Assembly (NCBI GenBank): GCA_024222395.1
Contig: JAAEPE010000030.1
Coordinates: 2,920 to 66,919, forward strand
Direction: 5' to 3'
DNA from: Myxococcales bacterium
GTDB lineage: Bacteria; Myxococcota_A; Polyangia; Haliangiales; Haliangiaceae
DNA: 64,000 nt
Shown in pieces: positions 28,757-40,885 of this stretch. Under the pieces are notes generated by a model. It was given only the letters and a program-made list of their open reading frames with translations. It had not been told where the DNA came from and ran no database searches. A program made the translations under genes and the position numbers. How positions within the stretch are numbered: position 1 is the stretch's first letter; each line of letters begins with the position of its first letter.

Positions 28757-29893
28757 CTACTCATCTCCGTTATCTTCGGAGAGGTAGGCCATGATCACCT
28801 CGTCGAGACTCTTCTCGGAGACGGTGTCATTGCCGAACAGGTCTCTGCTGCGACTCTTTCTGTTCGGAGGTGTTCGGCGCCTAGTGCGACGATTGCTCTC
28901 GCCGCCAACCGAGCGGGCAGGCGATCCGACGATGACGGATGGTCGGGAGACCACGACTGATGACCGTCGTTCGCCTGGCTCAGGGTTGGCAGATTTGCCA
29001 GTAGGACGACCACTAGCGCTGGGCTGAGGCGCTTGAGATTGGCTTGAAGCAGGGGCATAGCGCGCCTGGGTCGAAGAACGCTTGCGCTTGGCTGGGCGCT
29101 GGTAGGAGTGCGTCGCGGAGAGCTCACCCACCGAGTCTGGCGGAATCTCAACTGGCGCCGCAGACTCGGTGAAAGTGACTTTGGGGTCGCCGAGATCACC
29201 TGCAGAGACCGCAGGAAGCGCGAGAGGCGTAGGAATACGTTCGTATCTGTGTCTCGTTGAACTCTGCAGCCGAGGTTCTAGATCGATCATCGCCTCGCTT
29301 GGAACATGCATGGGAATCGTTGCCGGCGCCACCACCTGCGGAATGACAGCATTCGGCGTGTCGAGAGAAATCGCCCCGGAGTGAGCGGGTTCCGGAGTTG
29401 CCGGAATTGGAGCAGGTTCCGTCGCTTGCGTCTGTGCAGCGAGTGGCTCGTCGGCAGGAGGCGCTGCGCCAACTGGCGCTTGCGCCGTTGCTTCGGTATG
29501 AGTCCTAGAATCCTCGTGTATCGGCGCTGGGATTGAAGGTTCGGTCTCTGCGGCTAGATCTACCTCTGCGGGTTCTATTCCCGCTGCATCTGCCTTGCGT
29601 GGCAGGAGGTCGGTCTTGTCGCCGAGATACGCATCGATCTTGTCGTCAAAGGTCCCGATTTTGAGATCTTTGAGAACCGCCTTGTGCTGCGATTGCATCA
29701 GACCCTTGACGACATCTTCAGCTGAAGCCGCGTCGTAGTCGATCTTGCGACTCGAAATTATGACACCCCCGTGGAACAGGTGTGTGAATAGGTGTGGGTT
29801 GTCCACGCCCGAGTCTTCGGTCTGCACGTGGAAAATCAAGCCACGATGCTTGAAGTTATGATTGTACCCGAGAACGGGCGAGCGCTTACTCAC
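28757..29893 (-). CDS. hypothetical protein: compact N-terminal domain plus long Pro/Ala/Ser-rich region
   Basis: N-terminus LGYNHNFKHRGLIFHVQTEDSGVDNPHLFTHLFHGGVII, then ~250 aa of low complexity and an acidic tail. Confidence 0.5.
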   Translation of the reverse strand: MSKRSPVLGYNHNFKHRGLIFHVQTEDSGVDNPHLFTHLFHGGVIISSRKIDYDAASAEDVVKGLMQSQHKAVLKDLKIGTFDDKIDAYLGDKTDLLPRKADAAGIEPAEVDLAAETEPSIPAPIHEDSRTHTEATAQAPVGAAPPADEPLAAQTQATEPAPIPATPEPAHSGAISLDTPNAVIPQVVAPATIPMHVPSEAMIDLEPRLQSSTRHRYERIPTPLALPAVSAGDLGDPKVTFTESAAPVEIPPDSVGELSATHSYQRPAKRKRSSTQARYAPASSQSQAPQPSASGRPTGKSANPEPGERRSSVVVSRPSVIVGSPARSVGGESNRRTRRRTPPNRKSRSRDLFGNDTVSEKSLDEVIMAYLSEDNGDE

Positions 29894-29949
29894 AGTCCGA
29901 TCCAGAATATCACACCCAGACCAAAGGATCTTTTCTAGTCGAGTGATGA

Positions 29950-30657
29950 TTGTGTCTGCGGTGCGGGCTTGTACCCAACCAAATAAGGTACTCTCTTAGG
30001 ACCCTGGCTCCGTGCCTATGCACGGAGGAACCAGCATTTCAGAAAGCAGAGGAACTACTCGTGGACGCGGAAATATCAGGTCGTTTTGTCGAAACAATGC
30101 GATCGTGGCTCGTAAGCCTACCCTTTGATCTCAAGATTCTCTACGAAGCCAGCACCGACGAAAACCTGAGTCGAGAGACCAGGGAGCTCATGATTGGGGC
30201 GATCATCTATACGATCTCTCCAAGTGATCTCATCTCCGATCGGGACAACTTCGCCAGCTATGCCGACGATTGTCTGCTCTTGCGCGTCGCTCTCAAGAAG
30301 GGCCTCGAAGGCGACGACGAGGATAAGGAGTACTTTCGAAGTCGGTTCACCGAGTTCTTCGAAAGCCTCGATGTGGAGCTCGCGACGAGCCGAGCTGCCA
30401 TGGGGCCACTGCACGATTGGTTGGCCTCCAAGGTCGGCATCCTTGTCAAGCAGACCCACAAGAACAAGTCCGTGAAGCAGTACTTCGAGAGCGATGACCT
30501 TCAAGAAGAACTCTACGAAGACGGTCTCGAGTTTCGGACTGAGTACCCAATCAACGAAGACGATATCTCTGATCGCTTCAAGAAGGCTTCGTCGATTATC
30601 GATCTCCTGCAACGCGCGAAGAACAACGAAGACCTCAAAGCTGGCAAACCGGCCTAG
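29950..30657 (+). CDS. hypothetical protein with DUF1232/YkvA-like motif
   Basis: IGAIIYTISPSDLISDRDNFASYADDCLLL is reminiscent of the YxxsPxDlIPD...DD motif. The start is uncertain (TTG 29950, GTG 30061, ATG 30097). Confidence 0.35.
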   Translation: MCLRCGLVPNQIRYSLRTLAPCLCTEEPAFQKAEELLVDAEISGRFVETMRSWLVSLPFDLKILYEASTDENLSRETRELMIGAIIYTISPSDLISDRDNFASYADDCLLLRVALKKGLEGDDEDKEYFRSRFTEFFESLDVELATSRAAMGPLHDWLASKVGILVKQTHKNKSVKQYFESDDLQEELYEDGLEFRTEYPINEDDISDRFKKASSIIDLLQRAKNNEDLKAGKPA

Positions 30658-30660
30658 CGG

Positions 30661-31470
30661 CTACAAATCGACGGTTTCCAGCGAATCTAGTGTCTCGCCT
30701 AAGAAGCGAGGCGCTAGCTCTTCCATGCGCGACTCGTCGGTAACGAAGCACTGAAGCGCACCTCTGCGGGCGTCGCCGTCTGTCTGGGCGCTGGCCTCGA
30801 GATGTGCTGCTGCTTGGGTCACCATAGCTGCGGCCGAGTCGATAATTTGCACAGGCTTGCTAGAGAGCTCTGCACATACCTTGGATACGACATCTCGTAG
30901 GAGCGGGTAGTGCGTGCATCCCAGTACGATGGTATCGATGAGATCGTTGTTCTCGAATAGTTCTGAGAGATATCGCCGTGCGGCCAGCAAAGCGATATCC
31001 GTATCGCCCCAGCCTTCTTCTGCTAAGGGCACAAAGAGTGGACATGCTCGGGCAACGACGGTGGCGCTGGGATCTCTCTGCCCAATGGCTTCTTCGTAGG
31101 CACCCGAGCGGACCGTACCCAAGGTGCCCAACACAGCAATGTGGCGGCTGCGAGATGCCGCTAGGGCGGCCAAGGCGCCTGGATGCACCGCTCCAATGAC
31201 CGGGACGGATGTGCTGGCTTGAAGGGCGGGTAGAGCGTTGGCCGACGCCGTATTGCAGGCCACCATGACAAGTTTGACCTGTCTCTCGAGCAGAAAGTTC
31301 TGGCAGGTGAGGGCGTAGCGCTCGACGGTTCGGGCGCTCTTGGTGCCATAGGGCACGCGGGCGGTATCCCCTAGGTAGTGGATATGCTTCATGGGAAAAC
31401 GCTGCCTGAGCTCTCGAACGACGGTCAGGCCACCGACTCCAGAGTCGAATACACCGATTGCCTGGTTCAT
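30661..31470 (-). CDS. murI: glutamate racemase
   Basis: [30 protein letters not shown]. Confidence 0.9.
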   Translation of the reverse strand: MNQAIGVFDSGVGGLTVVRELRQRFPMKHIHYLGDTARVPYGTKSARTVERYALTCQNFLLERQVKLVMVACNTASANALPALQASTSVPVIGAVHPGALAALAASRSRHIAVLGTLGTVRSGAYEEAIGQRDPSATVVARACPLFVPLAEEGWGDTDIALLAARRYLSELFENNDLIDTIVLGCTHYPLLRDVVSKVCAELSSKPVQIIDSAAAMVTQAAAHLEASAQTDGDARRGALQCFVTDESRMEELAPRFLGETLDSLETVDL

Positions 31471-31987
31471 CTTCGCCCCCGACGCGATGACACACCTACG
31501 ATCGTCGTCAAGCCAGACACTGAGACTAAGTGGCGCAGTTTGGAATACGCTGGGCCTGAGCTACGCGACCGCGAAACTGGCGCTGGATCTTGCCACGACG
31601 GACTCATAAATCCACACCAACTGCAAAAATGTCGTAGGCTTGCATGGAAGCGCCTCGTACATTTCCGCGATACCGGGAAATGTCTTCTCGGCTTCGCTGA
31701 GGTGTTTCTCGGTAATACGTCCAACCACGGAACTATACCTATACAATCTTCGTTCCAGGTACGATCCGCACCTACACTGTATACAAAGTATGCTGGCTCA
31801 CATATGGCACTCTTGCGCAGCAAACTGCCCCGGTCGCTCCAGTTGGACCGATCAGGCTGGGGTTCCTAGATCAAGCCCCCCCGTTCGCCACCCGAAACCT
31901 TACCTAGCTTGGTTCGATAGGTACGAGGGGAAGTGACAGACGCGGTTGTGTGGTCGCCTCTTCAAAAGAAGAAGTGACGGGCTTGAA

Positions 31988-33007
31988 ATGCCTTCGTCAA
32001 ATCGATATTCGGGGGCGCCGATGGATCTTCAGCAAGCAGTTCGCGAAGTGCACACCTGCCCCCTCGACGACATCATGGGTCTTCTCCCATCGATTGTCGA
32101 AGGCCAGCCTTTGACTCTTCTCGGCCTCGCGACACGAGTTGGCGAGACCGGAGTCATGCCGCCGGAGGAGGTGACAGATGCGTGCCGCCCACTTGTGGCT
32201 GCTCTTTTTCAGCTACCCCCAAAAGACTTGGTCTCAGCTCTCACCGAGACGCTAATGCAGACCAAGGTCGATGATGCCCTCGAGTGGCTACTGCAAATAG
32301 GCCTAATCAAGGAGTTCTATCCAGAGCTCGAGGCATGCAAGGACCTGCAACAAGAAGCCGGTAGACGCCACAAGGACGTTTGGGAGCATACCAAGCTTGT
32401 TGTCAAGCAAGCTGTGCGCAGACCCGCTTTGCGCTGGGGAGCACTATTGCACGATATCGGAAAGGTTCCGACACGCACGTTCACAGACAATGGAGTTCAC
32501 TTTCACGGACACGCAGAAGTTGGTGCTCGCATGTTCGACGGTCTTAATCGGCGCATGCCGCTCGAGAATACGATGCGTCGCAAGGTTCGATTCTTGATCA
32601 AGTATCACTTGCGAAGTGCTCAGTACGAGGATAGCTGGACCGATAGTGCTGTGAGACGTTTTGCCAAGGACATGGACGAGCATTTGGTCGATCTACTAGA
32701 CCTTAGCCGCGCTGACATTACGTCCAAGAGACCCGGCCGGCGCCGGCAACTGCTCTTTCAAATTAGTGCTCTCTCGGATCGAATCGACGCGCTCCTGGCC
32801 GAGGACGCCAAGAAACCCAATTTGCCCAAGGGTTTGGGGAACGCAATGATGGCTCGATTCGATTTGCCGGCATCGCGCTTTCTAGGCGATCTGATGAAGG
32901 CTCTGAATGCCCGAATCGAGTCGGGCGAACTCGAAGCCCAGCAAGAATTCGACTACTACCTGGACTGGTTGGAGCAATCTGGGCTCTTGGCTGCCAAGCC
33001 ACACTAG
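31988..33007 (+). CDS. HD-domain protein resembling the C-terminal half of CCA-adding/poly(A) polymerase enzymes
   Basis: HKDVWEHTKLVV...ALLHDIGKVPTR...HFHGHAEVGA. No GGxVRD nucleotidyltransferase head is visible. The start is uncertain (TTG 31946, ATG 31988, ATG 32021). Confidence 0.6.
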   Translation: MPSSNRYSGAPMDLQQAVREVHTCPLDDIMGLLPSIVEGQPLTLLGLATRVGETGVMPPEEVTDACRPLVAALFQLPPKDLVSALTETLMQTKVDDALEWLLQIGLIKEFYPELEACKDLQQEAGRRHKDVWEHTKLVVKQAVRRPALRWGALLHDIGKVPTRTFTDNGVHFHGHAEVGARMFDGLNRRMPLENTMRRKVRFLIKYHLRSAQYEDSWTDSAVRRFAKDMDEHLVDLLDLSRADITSKRPGRRRQLLFQISALSDRIDALLAEDAKKPNLPKGLGNAMMARFDLPASRFLGDLMKALNARIESGELEAQQEFDYYLDWLEQSGLLAAKPH

Positions 33008-33165
33008 ACCGCCGAGCGTAAACAATGGTCGGTCTGATGGTCCTGCCTTCCCGATTGCAGCGTTGCTCATTTCGTCATTTGCCCCGGCAAAATCATCATT
33101 CGCGCCTTGCACTCGAAAAATCAGAATTCACCATCCTCGGTCATTCTTTTCGCTCGACGGTCTAG
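33004..33165 (+). mobile_element. MITE-like element, copy 2 (162 bp)
   Basis: 152/162 identical to copy 1 with no indels. Same TIRs and CTAG ends. Confidence 0.75.
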
Positions 33166-33228
33166 CGGCTCCGTGAGCATCGTCTTGTTGGCAAGGGCAA
33201 CGCTGGACTGCGGTGCTGAGGGGGCCGG

Positions 33229-34872
33229 TTACGAAACCTGAAAGCTCGAAGTTGACTCAAGGAGTGAGTTCATTGACCGGCGAATTTGGGAGACCCACTC
33301 TGAGATCTTTCGAGTTTCTGCCGCATCACGTGCTGCTGCATCACTTAGCTCAACCAAGTCCGCGTTGACCAGGAGGATCGTCGCGGACTGCTCTTGAACC
33401 AGCGTTGAGACCTCACGTATTGCTCGCTCGACTTCTACCAAGTTGTGCTCGATCGAGTCGAAGTGTTCGATGAGTTCATGATTGTTCTCGGCTGTCATCA
33501 TGGCTTGCTCAAGGGTGCTGCTCATGGCGACCTCTGTCGCTCTCGATGCTTCGGCGCTACTCTCCGCCAGTGCGCGAATCTCGTCGGCGACAACGGAAAA
33601 CCCCTCGCCGACCTCGCCGGCCGTCGCCCCCTCGATTGAGGCGTTAAGTGCTAGCAGATTGGTCTGCAGCGAGATTTCGTCAATGGTCTGAATGATGTGC
33701 CGAGCCTCCGAGGCTTGGGAACTCATGTCGTCGATGGATTTGGTGACGCATCGAAGACTCTCCGTGCCGTGATCAACGGCGGAAATACTTGTTGTCGTAA
33801 GGACCATTGAATTCGTGGCCTGATCGGCAACTTGAACACCGTCTTTGGAGGCACTCCCAAGCATGCGAGAGATTTCAACGAGATTGTGAGCCCGAAGTTC
33901 TGCGGCGTAAGAGAGTTTGTCGGCTTTGTGATGAAGCGAATCCGTGCGTGCGTCTAGGCCATTGGCTGTATTTTTGATGTTGCCGATGGCTTCGTCGAGT
34001 TGCGTGAGTGCTCGGTTGAAATCTGTTTGTAGCGCGATGTTCTCTCCAAAGGCTTCGCGTCTCCAACGGATACGGAGGTCACCCGAACTGACTGCTGTCA
34101 AGCACTTGGCGATATCAGAGTTTTGCTCCGCGAGGACAGCGACAAAGTCGTTGAGTTCTCTGGCGATGGCTTGACCTTCGGGGTCGTTCTCACGCGCTTT
34201 CATCCGCGCTTCCAGATTTCCGTCGCGGACTCCGTCTAGGAGTTCTTGTACTTGTTCTAGAGTATGCGCGAGCGCAGACTTTTTCTCAAGCGCGCGCGAC
34301 TGTGCTGATCTAGCATTCTCGACCGAATTCAATAGCTGTTCTTGGGCACTGGTTTGAAAGCGGCTAAGAAGAATTCCGGATATCAACAAGGCAATAGCAG
34401 AAGAGATTAGCACAAGTTCTCGCAAGCCATCGAGTGTAGCTAGGGGGGCGCCGGCAACATTTGCGATGTTTGCCATCCCGAGTCCGATGATGGCTACTCC
34501 ATTCCACAGTGCCAAGAGCACGGCGGCACGGATACTAGCAAGTAGTACAAACCACAGCGGTAAAACTACGAGCCAAGGGACAAATGGGGCGTGCACTCCC
34601 CCCTTGGCAATGCACGCGACAATGATCCAGACCTCTACCCAGAGGGTGCATGAGATTATCGCAGGTTTGCACCCGATTCGCCGTGTGGCGTAGGGCAGGG
34701 CAAATCCCACGGGAAGAATTGTGGTTGCGCAGAAGGTGAGCAACCACTCGCCTGCGATGGCGAAGATAGGACACATAAGAACGGCCAGTGAGATCGTAAC
34801 GACTCGCCAAAGCGCGACGGCCGTGGTTTCGAATTCGGCGCGGACCTCGTTTTGGATTGGGTGCGCAGGCAT
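33229..34872 (-). CDS. methyl-accepting chemotaxis protein with polytopic N-terminal membrane domain
   Basis: [37 protein letters not shown] signalling hairpin. About 6 N-terminal TM helices. Confidence 0.85.
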   Translation of the reverse strand: MPAHPIQNEVRAEFETTAVALWRVVTISLAVLMCPIFAIAGEWLLTFCATTILPVGFALPYATRRIGCKPAIISCTLWVEVWIIVACIAKGGVHAPFVPWLVVLPLWFVLLASIRAAVLLALWNGVAIIGLGMANIANVAGAPLATLDGLRELVLISSAIALLISGILLSRFQTSAQEQLLNSVENARSAQSRALEKKSALAHTLEQVQELLDGVRDGNLEARMKARENDPEGQAIARELNDFVAVLAEQNSDIAKCLTAVSSGDLRIRWRREAFGENIALQTDFNRALTQLDEAIGNIKNTANGLDARTDSLHHKADKLSYAAELRAHNLVEISRMLGSASKDGVQVADQATNSMVLTTTSISAVDHGTESLRCVTKSIDDMSSQASEARHIIQTIDEISLQTNLLALNASIEGATAGEVGEGFSVVADEIRALAESSAEASRATEVAMSSTLEQAMMTAENNHELIEHFDSIEHNLVEVERAIREVSTLVQEQSATILLVNADLVELSDAAARDAAETRKISEWVSQIRRSMNSLLESTSSFQVS

Positions 34873-34875
34873 CGA

Positions 34876-36657
34876 CTAGATCTCACTCTCGGAGACGTGC
34901 GCGGCGACGGTGTCAATGTCAATGTCGATGTCGATAGTTTGAAGGCGTGTGAGCTGCGTTGCCGGGGGAGTACCCGTAGGTGAGATGACGAATCTTCCGG
35001 TGGACGAGACAAGTGCGTCCATCGCTCCTCCCAGTTCTGCGATGGTTTGGAGAGTCGCCTTGTTCGTCTCAAAATCCCTGCGCGCAATGGACGCGAGTTC
35101 TTCGACGTCTCGGTTCACCGTGATGAGCGTTGCTGCCTGGTCTTGCGCGCATGTGGCAACGCTGGCGATGGCTTCGCTAGCTTCGGCCATACGGGTCTTG
35201 ATCGAATGAAAATGCTCGATAAGTTGTTTGTTGTCGGAAACCGCGACTTCGGCACTTTCGACGGTTCTTTGCGTCACGGCGGCAGTGCCTCGGGCCGCTG
35301 CCGCGCTGCGAGCCGCAAGGGCACGCACTTCGTCGGCCACGACAGCGAAGCCCAAGCCAGCGTCTCCAGCTCGGGCGGCTTCGATAGCGGCGTTGAGAGC
35401 GAGCAAATTGGTCTGAAACGCCATCTTGTTAATGCTGCCAACGATGGTGCCAGCCTTTGCGGCACTCTCGCTCATTTCTGCGATTGCACTCGAGACGCCG
35501 TCGAGGCTTGCAGCACCCACCTCGACCGCTTCGCAACTCGTACTTGCCAAGTACATCGCCTTGTTCGCGCGGTCTGCGACCAGCCGGCCGCCATCGACGA
35601 TGGCCCCCAGCTTGTCTGAAACACCGTCGATTCGCTCTAGGCGTTCATGCGCCCTGCGAAGCTGTTCTTGGCTACCGGCCCCCAGAGCCATTGTATGCCG
35701 CGCGACCTCGTAGCTCGAGCCTGAAACCACTTCCATGGCCTGCCCCAGCTGGCAAAGCGCCAGGTTAAAGTCCTTCTCGAGAGCTTTGTAGTCGCCTCCT
35801 GCGTCCACTTGCCAACGCGTCCCAAGCTTTCGATCACGAACCTGGGTCATGCAGGACCGGAGGTCCTGGTTGCGCTCTTCGATTGCGGACATGAAATTAT
35901 TGATCTGCATCCTGATCTCTCGGTCAGTGCCAGATGCGTGACGCATTGGCATGCGTGACCCGAGATTTCCTTCTCTTGTGTATCTGATAATTACTCGTAT
36001 TCCTGAGACTGTCTCTTGCCTGGTCTCGCTCTCTCTCTCTGCGCGGTGCTTTGCTCTATCGGCCCGTACAAGGGACGATGCCAGAGCGGAGAGCATTGCG
36101 AGGTGAGTTCGCCAAAGGAGCACGCCGAGTATGACGATCACGGCACTCATTTGGAGAATAAGTCCTGCGCGCCAGTAGACGAGTTGCCCTGCAGGCAATT
36201 GTGACTGGGTGAGACCATCGTCCTGAGCAATCCAGATTCCGATGATTCCCAGAGCCTGCGCAATAAGAAGAACTATCGCGGCTCGTGGTCCGGAGGTGAT
36301 GACGAGTGCCATAGGCATCGCAGCGAGCGTGGGCAAGAGCGGCGAGTCTGTCCCCCCTGTTAGCAGGCTGGCTCCGAGTACTATGGCTGTATTGCTCGCC
36401 AACAGGATTGTCATGCCCGCCGAAACGCCAATGCGCCGGTTGAGCGCAGGGATTGTGGCAGTCGTTGCAACGAATAGGCCGCCGATTGCAGCCAGAGCCC
36501 AAAGGTGGGCAATCGTCAGAAGGGCGAGCACCACGCAGCCGCCTGCGATGCCGAGACGAACACACCATGTGCCGACTAGCTCCTGGGCTTCCGTACGCGC
36601 TTGATCCAGATTCTTGCTGGCCTTGTCTTCCATTCCTTCATGTGCGGAATCGACCAA
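34876..36657 (-). CDS. methyl-accepting chemotaxis protein (tandem paralogue)
   Basis: [37 protein letters not shown]. Same architecture as the downstream gene, with a 3-nt gap. Confidence 0.85.
   Translation of the reverse strand: MVDSAHEGMEDKASKNLDQARTEAQELVGTWCVRLGIAGGCVVLALLTIAHLWALAAIGGLFVATTATIPALNRRIGVSAGMTILLASNTAIVLGASLLTGGTDSPLLPTLAAMPMALVITSGPRAAIVLLIAQALGIIGIWIAQDDGLTQSQLPAGQLVYWRAGLILQMSAVIVILGVLLWRTHLAMLSALASSLVRADRAKHRAERESETRQETVSGIRVIIRYTREGNLGSRMPMRHASGTDREIRMQINNFMSAIEERNQDLRSCMTQVRDRKLGTRWQVDAGGDYKALEKDFNLALCQLGQAMEVVSGSSYEVARHTMALGAGSQEQLRRAHERLERIDGVSDKLGAIVDGGRLVADRANKAMYLASTSCEAVEVGAASLDGVSSAIAEMSESAAKAGTIVGSINKMAFQTNLLALNAAIEAARAGDAGLGFAVVADEVRALAARSAAAARGTAAVTQRTVESAEVAVSDNKQLIEHFHSIKTRMAEASEAIASVATCAQDQAATLITVNRDVEELASIARRDFETNKATLQTIAELGGAMDALVSSTGRFVISPTGTPPATQLTRLQTIDIDIDIDTVAAHVSESEI
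34912..34935. repeat. hexanucleotide repeat x4 at the 3' end of the MCP gene
   Basis: GTCAAT GTCAAT GTCGAT GTCGAT, encoding IDIDIDID on the minus strand. Confidence 0.9.
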
Positions 36658-36723
36658 AAAAGCTCTCGCTAAAGTTGGAGCGAGATCGGCCCCTGGAGAG
36701 CATTTTTCACACCAGTCTCCCTG

Positions 36724-37212
36724 CTATTTGCCGAGATGAAGGCTGAGTACGGCGCTCAGAGCTGGGCGGGTCGACGAACCATCAATGATTATCTGTACAT
36801 CAGCCACTGTCGATATTCCGATAGGCCCGAGGAGCCAGAACGACCAATCAACTCCGGCGCCGATAATTGGAGCCGCGGCGTCCGTCATGCCTCCGAAGGT
36901 GAGAAGTTTGAGGGCAAGCTGGGAACGCGAGGCGCCGGCCTCGAAGATTGCCCCGGCGAGTATGCTGCCCTCGGCCAGGCCCTTGTAGCCCCGATACTCC
37001 GCTCGCAGGCCCCAGCGCTCGAAGACACTGCCAGGGAGGACGTCCAGGGCTAGGCTCGGGCCACACGAGGCAGGGCTGCCAAGCGCCGCGTAGATCCCCG
37101 TCTGAAGAACCAGGTGCGGCGGCCTATCTTCCGCTTGGGCGTCGCGTCCCACGAGCAGGGAGATGAGCACTAGCGTGCCCAGGGTGCCTGCCACGAGTGG
37201 GTTCCATCTCAC
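36724..37212 (-). CDS. hypothetical secreted / outer-membrane-like protein
   Basis: Signal peptide (LVLISLLVGRDAQA|ED). Alternating Gly/Ala-rich strands. Confidence 0.4.
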   Translation of the reverse strand: MRWNPLVAGTLGTLVLISLLVGRDAQAEDRPPHLVLQTGIYAALGSPASCGPSLALDVLPGSVFERWGLRAEYRGYKGLAEGSILAGAIFEAGASRSQLALKLLTFGGMTDAAAPIIGAGVDWSFWLLGPIGISTVADVQIIIDGSSTRPALSAVLSLHLGK

Positions 37213-37287
37213 CCCCCAAGCCTACCGAATTGCGGTGGAATCGCACAGGCGGGGATGATAGATGCAGGTTTCAGTGTTTAGGTATTT

Positions 37288-38571
<1,284 letters not shown>

Positions 38572-38575
38572 TTCG

Positions 38576-39244
38576 ATGGGAGGCAAAGCTCGCAAGGCCC
38601 CGATTGTGGAGACAGCTCCAAGACCGCTCGTTCTGGCGCTGCCCAAGGGACGCATTCTTGAGCGGTCTGTCGAGATTTTTGGTAAGGCGGGCTATGACCT
38701 GAGCCCAGTGCTCAGCAAGTCCCGCAAGCTGATTCGCGACTGCGGCCCATTGCAGGTATGGATCTTGCGCTCTTCTGATGTACCCACCTATGTGCATCAT
38801 GGTGCAGCGGATTTGGGCGTTGTTGGCTCTGATGTTCTCAGGGAACAGAGCTTTGAGCTCTACGAACCACTTGATTTGGGCATTGGCAGGTGTCAAATGG
38901 TGGTCGCTGAGCGAGCCTCGGCTCCCGTCGACGAGCGGGCTCTCGCCCATCTGAGAATCGTCTCCAAGTACCCACGCATAACGAGGCGCTACCTGGAGAG
39001 TCGCGGGCTTACTGCTGAAATCATCAAACTCTCGGGCTCTGTAGAGCTTGGACCCATCACGGGCCTCAGCGACCGCATCGTCGACATCACGGAAACTGGC
39101 GAAACGCTGAGGCAGAACGGCCTCGAGATTGTCGACACTGTAATGGAGATTTCTACCCGATTGGTCGTGAATCAGGCGAGTCTCAAGCTACGAGGGCGCG
39201 AAATCGCGCCCCTCCTGGAACGCCTGGCCGAACTAGTAGTGTAA
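38576..39244 (+). CDS. hisG: ATP phosphoribosyltransferase (short form)
   Basis: [39 protein letters not shown] 38576 lies 4 nt after the murA stop. The track start 38444 is inside murA. Confidence 0.88.
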   Translation: MGGKARKAPIVETAPRPLVLALPKGRILERSVEIFGKAGYDLSPVLSKSRKLIRDCGPLQVWILRSSDVPTYVHHGAADLGVVGSDVLREQSFELYEPLDLGIGRCQMVVAERASAPVDERALAHLRIVSKYPRITRRYLESRGLTAEIIKLSGSVELGPITGLSDRIVDITETGETLRQNGLEIVDTVMEISTRLVVNQASLKLRGREIAPLLERLAELVV

Positions 39245-39257
39245 TCTTTTCCTGCTC

Positions 39258-39950
39258 GTGACTACGGACTTGAGAACCCAAGTAAGTGCCGATTTGCGGC
39301 TGCACCCGCGCGTCGCCTATCAAGGTCTTTGTGCGAATCCCGCGGCCGCCGAATCGATCGCGGCTGCGCTCAGGCCCATCACGCCCTTTCGCTCAGACTA
39401 TGTTGGGGCTATGTGCATCCTCGATTGGGATCATCGTCTACCGAGCAAGGCACTAGCTCTTCGCATCTATGCGTACTACGACAGCTCCAGCTACGAGGCT
39501 GGTCAAGAGGCCTACGACGATCGTTTGGAGAGCATCGGAGACAACGACCGCTTTCCCGAGTTTGATGTGCCTGACTTCGATTTGCTCGCGGCAGACGAGG
39601 CGTACGAAATAGAGATTAACCTAGATGGTTCGATTGGTCGTAGTCGCCTCACATCGGCGTGGCGCAGGAACATCGCCATCGAAGATGGCGGCTCTGCAAT
39701 TACTGTGGTTCGCGAGTCGAAAGAGTTCATTCAGCTGCAGAAGCAGAGCAAAGATAGGCCAGCACACTTGGGCGACTTAGAGGCTGTTTCGTGGACACCT
39801 CCATGCGAATCGGAGCACAGCGAGTGGACTCTCGACGTGTGGTACCTGCAGGCGTTTGACGGCCGCGTGGGAAGTGGTCGGAGTTTTCTCGTCGACCCTG
39901 AGACGAACGTAGTAGTCGCGGTTCGAGATTTCTCAGTTCGTACTGGGTAG
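39258..39950 (+). CDS. hypothetical protein
   Basis: 230-aa ORF with a GTG start. No motif recognised. Confidence 0.4.
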   Translation: MTTDLRTQVSADLRLHPRVAYQGLCANPAAAESIAAALRPITPFRSDYVGAMCILDWDHRLPSKALALRIYAYYDSSSYEAGQEAYDDRLESIGDNDRFPEFDVPDFDLLAADEAYEIEINLDGSIGRSRLTSAWRRNIAIEDGGSAITVVRESKEFIQLQKQSKDRPAHLGDLEAVSWTPPCESEHSEWTLDVWYLQAFDGRVGSGRSFLVDPETNVVVAVRDFSVRTG

Positions 39951-40454
39951 CGGGTCGCTGGGGAACGGGATGGTTGGCAGTGCGACTAACATTGCCAGAT
40001 GGAAGACCGTGAACGGCGCGGGTGACTCTGTCATGCCGACGCCGATAGCCAAGGCGCAGAGAACAACGGCCATCATGCCAGCGGTACGCCCTGGCCATCT
40101 TCGGCAGTGGCCAACTACGATTGCTGCCATGGCGGAGAAGGGAATGGCAAAGAGCAGGAGTTCGTCGGTGTAGGCTGAGCCTGTTTGCGAAATCGCCAGT
40201 GTCGAAAGAACAGCGGTAGCCGCGAGTGCCATGGATAGCGCAGCGCTTGGGCGCAGCACCCATCCGCTGAGGATGGCCCCGAGAAAGACCACGGGGCCGG
40301 TGATGACGAGGTTATCGTCGGCAAGCGCGCCTCGTTGCCCAAGCTGCACTGCCAACGCAACCGCCACAAGGAACGTACCGCCCATAGCAATGTGCCGTCG
40401 GCGTTGCATCTGTACAGCCTGGGTTAGTTTTGGCGCTGGCATCGAAGCCTCCAT
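39933..40454 (-). CDS. hypothetical polytopic membrane protein
   Basis: About 5 hydrophobic helices. No family recognised. Confidence 0.4.
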   Translation of the reverse strand: MEASMPAPKLTQAVQMQRRRHIAMGGTFLVAVALAVQLGQRGALADDNLVITGPVVFLGAILSGWVLRPSAALSMALAATAVLSTLAISQTGSAYTDELLLFAIPFSAMAAIVVGHCRRWPGRTAGMMAVVLCALAIGVGMTESPAPFTVFHLAMLVALPTIPFPSDPLPSTN

Positions 40455-40470
40455 ACCACAGTGAGCGTAG

Positions 40471-40848
40471 CTATGGACGGCGTTTGTCGCCGAGGCACTC
40501 GCGAAGCAGACGAGCCAGATCGAGCATATGCTGTGGCCGGTGCTCCGGGTCTTTGGCTATGGCGGCCGCAAAGAAATCATCAATGCCTTCGGGCAGCTGC
40601 GGGCTGCGCTCAAGCGCTGACGGGATAGGCGAGCGAACATGGGCCAGCTCCATCTTCATCGAGTTTTCCTCTCGGTAGCGGCCACCGATGATAGTGCCGA
40701 GCATCGGGGCGATTTCTTGGGTGAGAGCCTTGGAGTCTTCGATGAGCTTCGGTTCTTGCCGAGGCGTGACGGAGTCGTCCTGAGAGTCGAGCGTGTCGTC
40801 CTGAACAACGAACGGGTAGCCCGTCTTGGTATCTTCGCGATTCCCCAT
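40471..40848 (-). pseudogene. possible Ser/Thr protein kinase remnant (catalytic core missing)
   Basis: TIIGGRYRE resembles the lead-in to kinase subdomain I. PIPSALERSPQLPEGIDDFFAAAIAKDPEHRPQHMLDLARLL resembles subdomain XI. Only ~13 aa lie between them. Confidence 0.4.
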
Positions 40849-40885
40849 GTCCCTGGCGAAATAGTAGCAGGCCTGACGAGGCCTC

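Noticed and set aside
31471-31945. 475-bp, relatively AT-rich intergenic region between murI and the HD gene, examined for an ncRNA, a tRNA, or a decayed nucleotidyltransferase head of the HD protein
   Set aside because: There is no tRNA T-loop or acceptor pattern, and no motif of RNase P, tmRNA, SRP or 6S RNA that I can recognise. The in-frame upstream ORF (31640-31936) has no GGxVRD-like motif. It is most simply a divergent promoter region.
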